Shown one piece after another: positions 63,998 to 64,000 of a stretch of DNA of 64,000 nucleotides. The stretch spans positions 66,493 to 130,492 of the forward strand of contig JAHLWZ010000808.1 of the NCBI GenBank assembly GCA_020536535.1, written 5' to 3'. The notes beneath the pieces are model-generated. The model did not search any database. It was not told the DNA's origin and saw only the letters and a program-made list of their open reading frames with translations. Numbering within the stretch: the stretch's first letter is position 1; each line of letters starts with the position of its first letter. This stretch comes from Pelomyxa schiedti. Taxonomy: Eukaryota; Protista; Evosea. Both the position numbers and the translations under genes were made by a program.

Positions 63998-64000
63998 CCC
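63641..64000 (+). CDS. RPAC2: RNA polymerase I/III subunit AC19 (RPB11 family), 3'-truncated by window edge
   Basis: ATG at 63641 reads ..KEKIRFV..SALTVDIPDEDHTLANALRHVL (EDHTLxNxLR motif), then a GT donor and poly-T intron; AC19 versus RPB11 judged from the long N-terminal extension. Confidence 0.75.

Overview
Compact, intron-rich eukaryotic genomic DNA in the standard genetic code. It holds about 23 protein genes, mostly with 35-50 nt introns and degenerate GT donors, and intergenic gaps of 40-600 nt. Gene content and style suggest an anaerobic amoebozoan such as the archamoeba Pelomyxa; this is inference only. Housekeeping genes: DPP8/9 peptidase, BLTP3-like lipid-transfer protein, PRP6, NagA, CBR-like SDR, ZMAT5 (U11/U12-20K), RFC2, GCKIII kinase, PEX2, UCH-UBA, CKS1, USP48-like protease, a DH-PH-DH RhoGEF, an ankyrin-kinase and RPAC2. 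The right third (46.6-63.0 kb) has three unusual genes. (1) A single-chain transcarboxylase (AccD-AccA-pyruvate carboxyltransferase-biotinyl, with no biotin carboxylase). (2) A Vint-type Hint autoprocessing protein without a vWA domain. (3) A ~2580-aa P-loop GTPase / helical scaffold / SecA-type ATPase / vWA fusion, the best candidate for an undescribed system. Several GC-AG introns are needed to restore reading frames. No rRNA, tRNA, CRISPR or mobile element was recognised. All gene models were spliced by eye.
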